A DNA stretch of 52,125 nt, taken from the IMG/VR virus record IMGVR_UViG_3300025642_000006, positions 1 to 52,125 of that record; one strand, given 5' to 3'. A model generated the notes under the pieces. That model worked only from the letters and a program-made list of their open reading frames with translations, was not told the DNA's origin and ran no database searches. Below are positions 27,313-37,700 of the stretch, piece by piece. The DNA is from a virus (taxonomy: Duplodnaviria > Caudoviricetes). The position numbers and the translations under genes were made by a program. Within the stretch, counting starts at the first letter, position 1; each line of letters begins with the position of its first letter.

Positions 27313-28232
27313 GTGATTCTGGATTTCAGTCAACTGGGCAAGACCTAAGCATTCCTTGGAGAGGGGATTCTGAGGAGGACTTGTCGATTCCAGAGCCTTC
27401 TATCAGTAACATTGTTATTGAAGAGGTAGGTCCAAGCGCATCTCGCCAAGAGCCAGAACCAGATGTTGATGATTCAATACTGCTAGAACGCAGAGATGAC
27501 TCAGAGAACGACGATGGTTCTTATCTAGATCAGGGCTATGAGGCTCCATACGAGATCATGGGCGTAGATGACTACGATATGGAAGACGAATACTTCTCGA
27601 TGCCTGACGAGCTTCCAGACGAAGAAGACGATATACTGGTTGATGATATAGATGCTCCAGATGCAGAAGAAGTTGTTGTTGACGATGCAGAGATGTTTGA
27701 GCCTGATGATGCTGAAGCAGCCCCGCCGGGAGCAGTTGTTCCAGAAGAAGACGACGAGCCATCTATGGATGATGAAGAGTCCGACTACGAGGATTTTCCG
27801 ATAGAGCCCGAAGAGATTGATAACGAAGTGGACGTAGAATCCGTAGAGAGCCCTACAGAAGACGAGGCCGTTGTTGTTTCGGACTCAGAACCTGCTGAAG
27901 AAGTAGACGAGGAAGATGATGCAGATATAGAGACCGTAGAGGGAGAGGATTACTCTGCCATAGACATTGAGCATAGACGCAGGGATCAGGATGTTACCGG
28001 AGTTCAGGATGAGCTTCCAGAAGAAGATGCGGAGGGCTCGTCGTTCAGCGGGGTTTATTGGTTCAAGGGGACGCGGTATGAGCTTTCTGGGACGGCCAAG
28101 GCGTATTGGTATCACAGCGAGGCAGCCAACGCTGGCTACTGGAGCGACGGCCCGATGCCTAGCCCGATGCCGGACATGCAATACTGGAGGGCAACGGCAG
28201 AATGCAACGCTGTAGAATATATTTCGTGCTGA
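27309..28232 (+). CDS. Hyper-acidic disordered protein with a small aromatic C-terminal domain
   Basis: ~240 aa dominated by D/E/P/V, then GVYWFKGTRY...YWYH...YWSDGP. Confidence 0.75.
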   Translation: MSDSGFQSTGQDLSIPWRGDSEEDLSIPEPSISNIVIEEVGPSASRQEPEPDVDDSILLERRDDSENDDGSYLDQGYEAPYEIMGVDDYDMEDEYFSMPDELPDEEDDILVDDIDAPDAEEVVVDDAEMFEPDDAEAAPPGAVVPEEDDEPSMDDEESDYEDFPIEPEEIDNEVDVESVESPTEDEAVVVSDSEPAEEVDEEDDADIETVEGEDYSAIDIEHRRRDQDVTGVQDELPEEDAEGSSFSGVYWFKGTRYELSGTAKAYWYHSEAANAGYWSDGPMPSPMPDMQYWRATAECNAVEYISC

Positions 28233-30118
28233 TTGCGCTGGCCCTGCTTCCAACGCTGGCAAGCGCCGAGGGCTGGACGGCTGCGGCGTGGGATTTCGAG
28301 CATACTTGGTTCGCAAGCAACGCGCTTGTTACAAGGCCGATGTACGGGTACAGCGTTGAGGACGTAATCACCCAGACAAGTTTCACGAACTCAATCCCCA
28401 GGCTCGTGACGAAGGGCTATACGTTTCGGGGATGGTCGCAATCAGAAATGGACCCGACGACGAGCGGCGTTGTCTCGGTGTGTTACACGAATGTTTACAC
28501 GAACAACCTGCACCCGTTCGATTGCAGGATTACGACCCGCGCCTATTCAACAAACTTTATTTACGCAACAAACGCTTATGTGTTCGGGTCGGTCACGGGA
28601 GGCGTGATTACCGTGCTGCACCGAACTGAAACCGGGATGTACGCAACGAACATCCTGATGCAGCTTGACACGCTTCGGGATTATGAAATGTACATGGCTA
28701 TCTGGGAGCGAGCAAGGGCCACAAAGAACCAGTCGGTTATAAATGCAGCGCTCTATCTAAAGTGGTCAAGTGGGCTATACAGGCTGAGAAAGGTAATGAG
28801 TTGGATCGGGTATTATTGTGCTTACTTCCTAGATGCAAGCTGGTCGTCGTCGACAGCATCTAACAATTTTGATTTTAGCTCATATTTCGCGAGCGAAACA
28901 AACTTCCCAATCTATGGCGGCGAATATGTCGGGTATAATTATGATATTCCAGCATGGAATACGACTAACCTTGCCGTTTCTATTGGCGCACCGTCGAATC
29001 TTTATGGGTCAATATGGATTTATTCGGCAAATGTTAATAAGCACAAAGCGCCGTCCGGGGAGGAGTACGGAAGAGCGGTCACGTCTGAGGTAAATATAAT
29101 CAAATATCCGGGAGTTGTTTATTTAAACGATCCGAATTTAATTATCACAAACATTGCCTACAGGTACGACGGGACAACGACAAACGTTTCTGGAACAAAC
29201 GGCCAGCTTGTGTCCTTTATTACGGCAAACACAAACTATATCATAGAGGGGTTTACCGAGTGGGACTATGGCTACAGGTATGTCACGTCAACACTGAGTA
29301 GGATGGTGCTTGTGAAGGATACCCCTGCGTGGAGTACGAACGGGACGCTTAAAAATTACGAATACAGCGAAGGCCCGCCGGACTCACAATATGACAGCTT
29401 CAAAAGTTTATTTGACGAGTCGGACCACGGGAACACATCGTACTGGGGCTCGTCATCGTCGGTAGGCACCTATGATGTATATTGTAAGAAGGATGTTTAT
29501 CCACATCATGATGACTTTTTCGGAAGTACGCCGTTTGGTGCATGCGCCCGCGCACTGGTTACGGAAAATAAAATAATTCATACGTCGTCGTATTCCCTAA
29601 CGAATAGCACGTTCGTGGGGTATGATGTAGACTTTTATATAGCCATGAAAATGCCAAGATATGTAACCAGCTCAGTGTCGTGTTTTATAACGACCGAGGC
29701 CACGCCGACCGGTCTTAGCTATGCCACCATTTCAAGCCTTCCCCTTCCTATCTCTGCTGAGCAGGCGGTCTACGAAACGGAAGCATATCGAGGATTTATA
29801 GGATCAAGCTCGGTTCTGGCAACAGGGACGGTGGCCTATTCCGAAATGATATATGGGATAAACATATTATCAACGCTGGTGTCAGACGGAGATATAAGCA
29901 TGTCAATGATGGTCGGGTATAATCCCTACCAAACAAACGACATTGATATAACAAAGTTTTCATACGAGGCGCTCCCGTCTGGTACAAAATCGCCATACAC
30001 GGATAATGCCGGAGACATCGGGCCGTGGTGGTGGGCTATATTCGGAAGAACGCGCCCGGAGTACACCCCTTACGTCATCCGCAACTACGCAGTAACCAAC
30101 GGATTCAAGTATTATTAA
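28202..30118 (+). CDS. Signal-peptide-bearing tail-module protein, Tyr/Thr/Asn-rich
   Basis: MQRCRIYFVLIALALLPTLASA-E signal peptide; 638 aa. Confidence 0.75.
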   Translation: MQRCRIYFVLIALALLPTLASAEGWTAAAWDFEHTWFASNALVTRPMYGYSVEDVITQTSFTNSIPRLVTKGYTFRGWSQSEMDPTTSGVVSVCYTNVYTNNLHPFDCRITTRAYSTNFIYATNAYVFGSVTGGVITVLHRTETGMYATNILMQLDTLRDYEMYMAIWERARATKNQSVINAALYLKWSSGLYRLRKVMSWIGYYCAYFLDASWSSSTASNNFDFSSYFASETNFPIYGGEYVGYNYDIPAWNTTNLAVSIGAPSNLYGSIWIYSANVNKHKAPSGEEYGRAVTSEVNIIKYPGVVYLNDPNLIITNIAYRYDGTTTNVSGTNGQLVSFITANTNYIIEGFTEWDYGYRYVTSTLSRMVLVKDTPAWSTNGTLKNYEYSEGPPDSQYDSFKSLFDESDHGNTSYWGSSSSVGTYDVYCKKDVYPHHDDFFGSTPFGACARALVTENKIIHTSSYSLTNSTFVGYDVDFYIAMKMPRYVTSSVSCFITTEATPTGLSYATISSLPLPISAEQAVYETEAYRGFIGSSSVLATGTVAYSEMIYGINILSTLVSDGDISMSMMVGYNPYQTNDIDITKFSYEALPSGTKSPYTDNAGDIGPWWWAIFGRTRPEYTPYVIRNYAVTNGFKYY

Positions 30119-30198
30119 GCATATATAATATAGGCTGCAATTCGGGCTTGTAGGGGCATAACCAATATAGTAATGGACAAATAAAGAAGAGGTGAGAT

Positions 30199-31743
30199 AT
30201 GGCTACTAAGTACATGGATCAGGAAGTATGGGCTAATGGCAAAAGCATGACCCGTGGAGAAGCCCTTCGTAGTGGCATGTTCTATTCTTCCAAAGGAGGA
30301 GACAAGAGAGATGCCGTGCAAGACAAGGCATTTTTAGACTCTCTTCCAGCAGATCAACAAGTATTACAGAATAGCGCCGGAATAGATGAACCACAAAAGA
30401 TGCAATGGAATCCAAGTCCTTTTGGTGGGCCTTCCGAAGCTCAGCCTCAACAGCGTAGAAATCCTGCTACATATATTGGCGATGTGGTTGGTGCGGCAGG
30501 TACGGCAGTAGATATATATAACAAATTTCGTGGTAGGTTGGTAGATAAGCCAACTATGCCACAGCAAGCACAGGCAGCAACCATTCCTAGCGAATACAAG
30601 ATAACTCCTCAGCCTGCTCCGCCTATGGGACCAATGCAACAAGCTCCGCAACCTCTTGGTTCAATACAAGCTCCCCCCTACGCTCAGCCTATGGGGCCAC
30701 AAGCGCAGGCTCCCTCTTTTATCAAAGAATACCAAGATGCGCTAAATAAGACTAAAGACAGCCTATTCCCATCTACGATAAACAAATCGGATAGATCGTT
30801 CCCCGACGGCGGAGGCACTGGTACTCTTCCGGGAAGGCAAGGAGCCATTGCTACACAAGACGGCCAGTATCTTGGTGGTCAAGTTGGAAGCATTCCTAGA
30901 GGTGGCACCGAGATTCTTCCTAGATCAGCCCAAACAATTTATGATGATGCACAGGATCGCTATGCTGGAATGTCACCAGAAGGTCGTGCGGTGGCTATGT
31001 CGGGAGATATTAGAATACAGAACCGCATGATAGATGATGCAGCAAAACCTGGTGCCGATCCCTCGCTTAGCGCAGGACAGCGTTATGATGCGGCTAGGCG
31101 TGGTTTAGCCGCCCCAATGGGTGAGTTCCTCGCTAAAGCACCCGAAAGCCCTTCTGAGCGCATTAAAACGCTTGCTGGGATGCGTCAGGCGAATAAGGGT
31201 AATGTGCAGGCAGAGAGAGAAGCTAGTATAGAAGCGAATAGATCAGCCGAACGAATTGAGCAGCAAAGAATAGGCATTCAAAATGCTAGCGATATTGAAG
31301 AAAAGAAGCATAGCAATGCTCTAGAACTTCAACGCGATAATCAAAAAGCGGATATTGCGAAAACAGTATTTGAAGGATCACAAAAAATTGCATCCGACGA
31401 ACGGAATGCTCTTGTTAAGCTAGTAGAATCGCAGTTCGAAACATCGACCGCGCAAAACGATACTGAACGAAAAGCAGCACAAGAAAAGAACGATGCTGCA
31501 TTTTCAGTTGTATATCAAATGACCTTCAAGCCTTATGAAAAGGATTCCGGCGTAGACACGAAGACTATGATGGAAATACTTGGAAAAATGACTCCATTTG
31601 AGCAGAGTACGTTTAGTACATATTTTGCTGGTATAGATAAGGGTAAGAAGGCTGAAAAGATGGCAGAAATGGCTACGATGCGGACAGAAGATATATTGCG
31701 CGAAATGGCTAGAAAAGGTAGTCCGGCAGCAGCGACTAAATAG
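30199..31743 (+). CDS. Putative internal virion/ejection protein
   Basis: Pro/Gln-rich N-half, coiled-coil C-half, precedes the giant ORF. Confidence 0.6.
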   Translation: MATKYMDQEVWANGKSMTRGEALRSGMFYSSKGGDKRDAVQDKAFLDSLPADQQVLQNSAGIDEPQKMQWNPSPFGGPSEAQPQQRRNPATYIGDVVGAAGTAVDIYNKFRGRLVDKPTMPQQAQAATIPSEYKITPQPAPPMGPMQQAPQPLGSIQAPPYAQPMGPQAQAPSFIKEYQDALNKTKDSLFPSTINKSDRSFPDGGGTGTLPGRQGAIATQDGQYLGGQVGSIPRGGTEILPRSAQTIYDDAQDRYAGMSPEGRAVAMSGDIRIQNRMIDDAAKPGADPSLSAGQRYDAARRGLAAPMGEFLAKAPESPSERIKTLAGMRQANKGNVQAEREASIEANRSAERIEQQRIGIQNASDIEEKKHSNALELQRDNQKADIAKTVFEGSQKIASDERNALVKLVESQFETSTAQNDTERKAAQEKNDAAFSVVYQMTFKPYEKDSGVDTKTMMEILGKMTPFEQSTFSTYFAGIDKGKKAEKMAEMATMRTEDILREMARKGSPAAATK

Positions 31744-31758
31744 GAACGGAGAACGGGC

Positions 31759-34700
31759 ATGGCTGAGTCTTTGTATAGCGTAAATAAGCGCATCGAAGAA
31801 TACGATCCTTCCTTGTTAAGCCTTGGAGAAAGGCTTGCGCTAAACGATCCACAACTACGTCAAAGCGTTCAGGATACTGCTACTAGACAACAAGAGAAGC
31901 AGCAATACGAAGCCAAGAAGGATCAGTTCAGGGTAAAGGCTACGGGCGCATTCGATCCTCCAGAACCCACTACAGGGGATGTTATAGGCGATGTATTATC
32001 CGACTATAAAGACGGATTGGACTATGTACTAGGCAGTCCTACTAGAGACACCATTAAGGGTGCGCTAACTCTCTTTGGCGGTGATATAGACCGCAACAAG
32101 CCTATTGAAGAGTGGACCACACGCGATTACATGATTCAGGACATGGACGACCAGAATGCTCGTGCTAATGAATGGGCGCAGGGCAGTCGTAAACTAATCA
32201 TGGATGAATATGGTACAGGCGCAGGCGTAGCATGGGGTACTACGATGGCTGGATACCAGACAGCCGCCGCCATTGTAGGCACAATCTATGGTTCTAAAGC
32301 AATTCCTACAGGCGCAGCATTTACAGCACTTGGAGCAACAGGAAAGACTGGTGCAGCTTTAGCGAACATGACGCGAATTGGCGCATACAAGTTTGTTACT
32401 ACTCCGGGAACGATGGAAGAACGTGCTACGCAAGCGGCAAGATACGTCCTGTATGCTTTAACTCCATTTCTAAGCGGTCCGGCAGCTGGAAAGATCGCAG
32501 AACTAATCGGGTCTACAGCAAAGCAAGCCGATTATATGGCTAAGTTTATAGACTTTTTCGATAATACTGCTATTTCAGCAGGATTAGGTTTATATAGCGA
32601 AGTCGAATCTCAGGCGAAGCAAACAGCGCAGCAAGACGGCAAGCAATGGGAAAACCTCTCCACTGTGGAGAAGTTTTACTATAGGCTAGAAAAGATTACT
32701 CCAATTGCTCTTACAGACCTTATTTTCTCCTTATCCACAAAGGCGCAAAAACCACTATCACAAATTAAGGCCGAACTATCAGCCGATCCTGTTGGTGCGG
32801 AGTTAATCAAAGGCATAGACCTTAGCAAAGGTTCAGAGAAGCAGTTCCTTAAAGTCTTTCGTGGGGACTATGATTCCAAATCAGAAGTAGAATCCAAGAA
32901 GATACTAGCAGAGAACTTGGTACAGAAAAGCGGCGACACACTCAAAGCCGACGCTATGAACATTACTGGTGTTCTATCAGGGATCAAAGAGCTAGACACT
33001 CCTGACAAGCTCAGAACAGCCCTTGTTACGCTTCGCAACCTTGGTTTATCACAGGGAACAGCGCAAGAAGCATTAACCAAGAATGGCGATACACCTAGAG
33101 AAGGTGGAATTACAGACCGTGAGCGGTTCGTCATTGGAACCTTAATGCCAGAACGCATGGAAGCATTCGACAAGGATATTGAGAATAACAAGCGAGCCAA
33201 GCAGGAATATGAGCAGGATGAGGTTCTTACCGCTAGTGTGATGAAAGACCTAACGGCTGGTGGCACGATAGGCATGGAGAATGGACTATCCACACCAGAA
33301 GTAATGGCGAACATTGGCAAGCGAACAGGCGAAACTCCATCCGAAACATTGGCTAGGTCCAGCAAGTCTTTAGAGAGTGTAGCTCAAAGGGTATTAGAGA
33401 ACCGTCTGCTAGCGGCAAAACAAAATGGAATTGTATATACTTCTCAAGAAGCAGCGAAGGATATTGAAGTACTATTTAAAGAACTGGGATATGATGATGC
33501 CGATATTAAGGCATGGAAGAAAGACCCCGGCGACTTATTTAAAGTTGAAGCAGAACCAGCAAAGAGCATTTTCGATCAGCGCATAGCAGAAGCACAGGGA
33601 AAGGCCGAGTGGGGAAAATACGAGCAAGTCTTGCAGCAGAAGATTCTAGCCATTGAGGATATGGGCGAGAACGCTGACATGAAGGTTGCCATAGACGAGA
33701 CTAGGGACGACCTCTATCCTAGTGCTACAGAGGCCGAGAGAGCATCATTAGACCAATGGCACAAAGACGCTCAACGCATGGTACCTGTACAGGGTAAAGA
33801 AGGAATCGAACAGCGAGCCGTTAGGCTTAGTGATGAGCAAAAAGACTTCAATACCAAGGCGGATCAGGCATTTGACGAAGCGTGGGGAAATCTGGTCAGC
33901 AAGGGTGCGGCAGAAAAAGCAACGATGGGCGAAGTTGCCGACGAAGTCATTGAACGTATGGGAAGTAAATACGATCCTAGCGTAGTCCAACAGTGGCGCA
34001 ATGCTAACGTCCCTGTAGAAGGCCAGCAATCAGGATATGACAAGCGTATCCAGTCTGGTGAAAGAACGCAGAACATCCAGCAAGCCTATACGAAGTCTAT
34101 TCAAGATGGAACAATCCCGCTTACACGCGACGAGCGAATCAGTTTCATTGCAGACAAACTAGGCATTTCAAAGCAAGAAGCTACGCAAGCAGTATCAGAA
34201 TCAGAGCCTAAGCCGGAAGTGATTACGCCTAAAGAAGCGGACTATGCTAAGACATATACAGCAGAGCAGGCAAAGAATGCAGCAACAGCTAGAGCATTAG
34301 AACTATATTCAGAGCATATTAACGGAGCATTCAAGGATGAATCCGGTCCTAATCGAACAGATATTCTAGCGTCTATCATTGCAGAAGAGATGAAGGCTAA
34401 TCATCCTAATTTCAGCAAAGCAGACATAAAGGCCGCTATTACTGAAAAGATGCCGTGGAAGAGTTTTAAGCAATCTCCCGAGATGAAGCTATTGAAGATA
34501 ATGGAACAGAAGGAAGTTGCGCTAGAAGACGCAGAACGTAACGCAGCAACAGCGGAAGCCAAGGCTAAGGCTACTCAGGACAAGGCGGACTTTGAACTGG
34601 CAAGAGAATCACAGCGAATTATCTATTCAAAGCAGGCCACAAAAGAAGCTATTGCAATGGCCAATGAGAGATGGCCGTCCGCCTTCAACAATACAAAGAG

Positions 34701-37700
34701 AGCTGCCGCACTAGAGTATCTTGGCAAGATGTCGGAAGATTATGGGGCGAAACTTACTCCAAACAAAGAGGTTTTAGATAGTGCGTTTGCTGAAAAGAAA
34801 CTAACAGCCGCAGAAAAGGCCGATGCAGAGAATCGGGCCAATCAATTATATCAGAAGGCAGAAGAAACGTATGGACTTGCTAAGAAGGCTATGGAGGGTC
34901 AGGAAGATGCAGACAATCCAATAGCTATTGCAAGGAACGCAGTTATCGCAGCAAACAGGATAGATTATCCAAAAGGCAAGAAGGCCGATCTCATTGACTA
35001 TATTCGGGCCAAGAGCATAGACGAGATGTATAAGGCCGGAGATAATGTCATAGAAGCCGATTTTGGAGCAGCAGGAGGCGTTAAGCCATCCGAACCGGGT
35101 CTTAGGGTGGTTGGAGAACCCGACGCCGCACAGACGCTTAAAACGACTCCTAGCCCCACTACGGCAAAGGTAGATGCGAATGATAAAGCAAAGGTAGATG
35201 CGGCGGCAGCTAAGATAGCAGAAGAAGCAAAGACTTTGCCTAATGGTGGCACTTTGGCAGAGCTACGGGATAGACTCAAGAAGGCTGGAAGAACGAATGG
35301 CGAAAGCATAGGGGAAGCCAAAACGATTCAGGATAATGCAAGGAAGTCTCAGATAGATAAGGCGAAGGCCAACATTGATCCAGCATCTAAGCCTACTACA
35401 GCAATATGGAGAACTGGCAAGGGATATGGATATGAAGTAACCATTAAGTCGATTGAAAACGGAGTGGCTACGCTAGACAATGGCGCAAAGGTCAATGTAA
35501 GTGAGTTGTATAATAAGACACACGCGAATAGATCAATACCCAAATCTACAACCGGAATAGATAAGGATTTGATCGTAACTGGTAAGATTGAATACGCCCT
35601 TGACGTACTAGCCGATAAGATTGCAACATCCAAGAATCAGGGCGAAGCAGAAAAGGCCATCCTACGAAACGACGTTTTAGGCAAGATTGTTTATGGTAAG
35701 GCATACGATCTAAAGGTCGAGTTGTTGAAGCAGGAATTAAACGACTTCCTGAAAAACGATAAAGCAATTACAGACCCAAATAGAAACTCTATTGATTCCT
35801 ACAATAAGAACGACAATGCCGAGAGAGCAGAACTATCTAGGGCCATAGATCAGGTATTTGCTAATAAATTAACTGATCTTGCAAGAAAACGTCTTCCGTT
35901 GGAGGCAGAAGTAAGCACGCGCGAAACGATTCTATATTCTATATTTGGCAAAAGCTATATGCCCAGAAATGGCGACGAATTTAGCGAAAACCGCTCTCGT
36001 GAGTGGTATAATAAAAGAACCTTTGGTGGAAGCATGGGAACTAGGGTCGATACCGATCCGTCTTTAGCTCAAGCTCCAAAAATAGTCGAAGATGTTCAGA
36101 AAGAACTCATCCGGTTAATGAAGGGCGATAAAAACCTAATAGCCTTATTAAATACGTCCAAAAACGAAAAAGAGTTTATTGCTTCTGTAAATGAATATGT
36201 TGAGAAGAATCAAGTGGCACCCGGAGCGAAGGAAGCTAAGAACAAGGATGCGGTAGCACTAAAAGCATCAGTACAAAGCGCAGCGAAATTTCTAGAGGAG
36301 GTCGGCTCTGACAGGTTTCTTGAGATATTGATTGCTGCAAGAGATAATTATAATGCCAAGGGAGAGGTAGGCAAAGGCGACATTACTGCATCAGGTCTTA
36401 AAGAGCTTATTGGAGATAATCCTTTAGGCGTCAAGATTACCAATGCCCCAGAGAGTGCAGACAAAGACACCCTAGCATCCTATAGCAAAGACGGAATAGT
36501 CATCTACGCTGACCGCATGACTAGTCTAGCTCAAGCATGGCGTATCATGCTAGATGAAGTGAAGCATCGCGGGGTAGAGATATTGGGACGTGAAGGAAAG
36601 GGAAGCTGGCTCGATCGGATTATGAGCGGCTATGGCAAAGAACGGTGGACCGGGAAGCTGGAAGAAACGCTTCGTAAATACACCGACTGGGATGGTAAGC
36701 AGGATGCCAAAGAATATTTTGAGACTCTAAAAGAAGACAAGGGGCGGGTATTCGAGGAAATGGTAGTACATGCCAAGACGGAAATGCCTACAGCCTACCG
36801 TAAGATTATGTCCGACCTAAAACTTAGGGCAAGCAAGTTATTCCCCGGAGTGAAACTATCGGACAAAGACCTTCAAGCGCAGCTATGGAAAGCATTAGAA
36901 GCAGGCGTAAAGGATGAGGCATTTGAAGCAGCAGAAGGCATTCGTAGCGAAAAGGGGGCGTATGAGAAGAAGGAGCGTATCTTTGAAACAGCTACAACCA
37001 AATTTGGCAGCGTAAGCAAGGCCATTGAAGCCCGTGATGCAGCAGGCTACAAAGGTACTTGGATGAAGTTCGTAGCAGAGAATGCGCCAGCTAGGAATGC
37101 TCCTACTACCGAACAGCAAGGAAACCGCCTGTCGGACGTACTATTTAAAGACGTTATGACTCATAAACCACTAGCCGATTCAACGATTGACTCTATTCCG
37201 GGTCTACGTCAGGCAAGAGATGTTTTACATAGAGCTACAGGCGCAGGCGAAACACTTCCATCAGCCTTATCCCGAATGGGCAAGAAGATTAGCCAACGTG
37301 CAGCAGAAGACTTTAGCGCAGTAATTGGCGAGAACGCGCGTATTTATATGGGAGTGCAGAAGGTAAAGAACTCGAACCGTAAGTTGACCAAAAGCATAGG
37401 CTTGGACCGTATGGACAAGAATCTAGGCAAGGATGCGTCAGGACAGGTCATTAGAGGCACCAAGGCGATGAGATTGACGCTATCAGCCTATTCTCGCATG
37501 GGAAGGCTTAGCGAGGTCGTTAGAGCCTATCAGAACGCTTCTGGAGGCATAGACGCAAAAACCAAGGCAGCTAATGATGCTATAGCCAAGATTTCTACTC
37601 AAGAGGGAATCTCGGAAGCCCAATTAAAGAAGACTGTATATGCCTTCATGGGCAAGAAGGATACCGTAGATGGAAAGAGCGTCCTTCGCTATGACACCAA

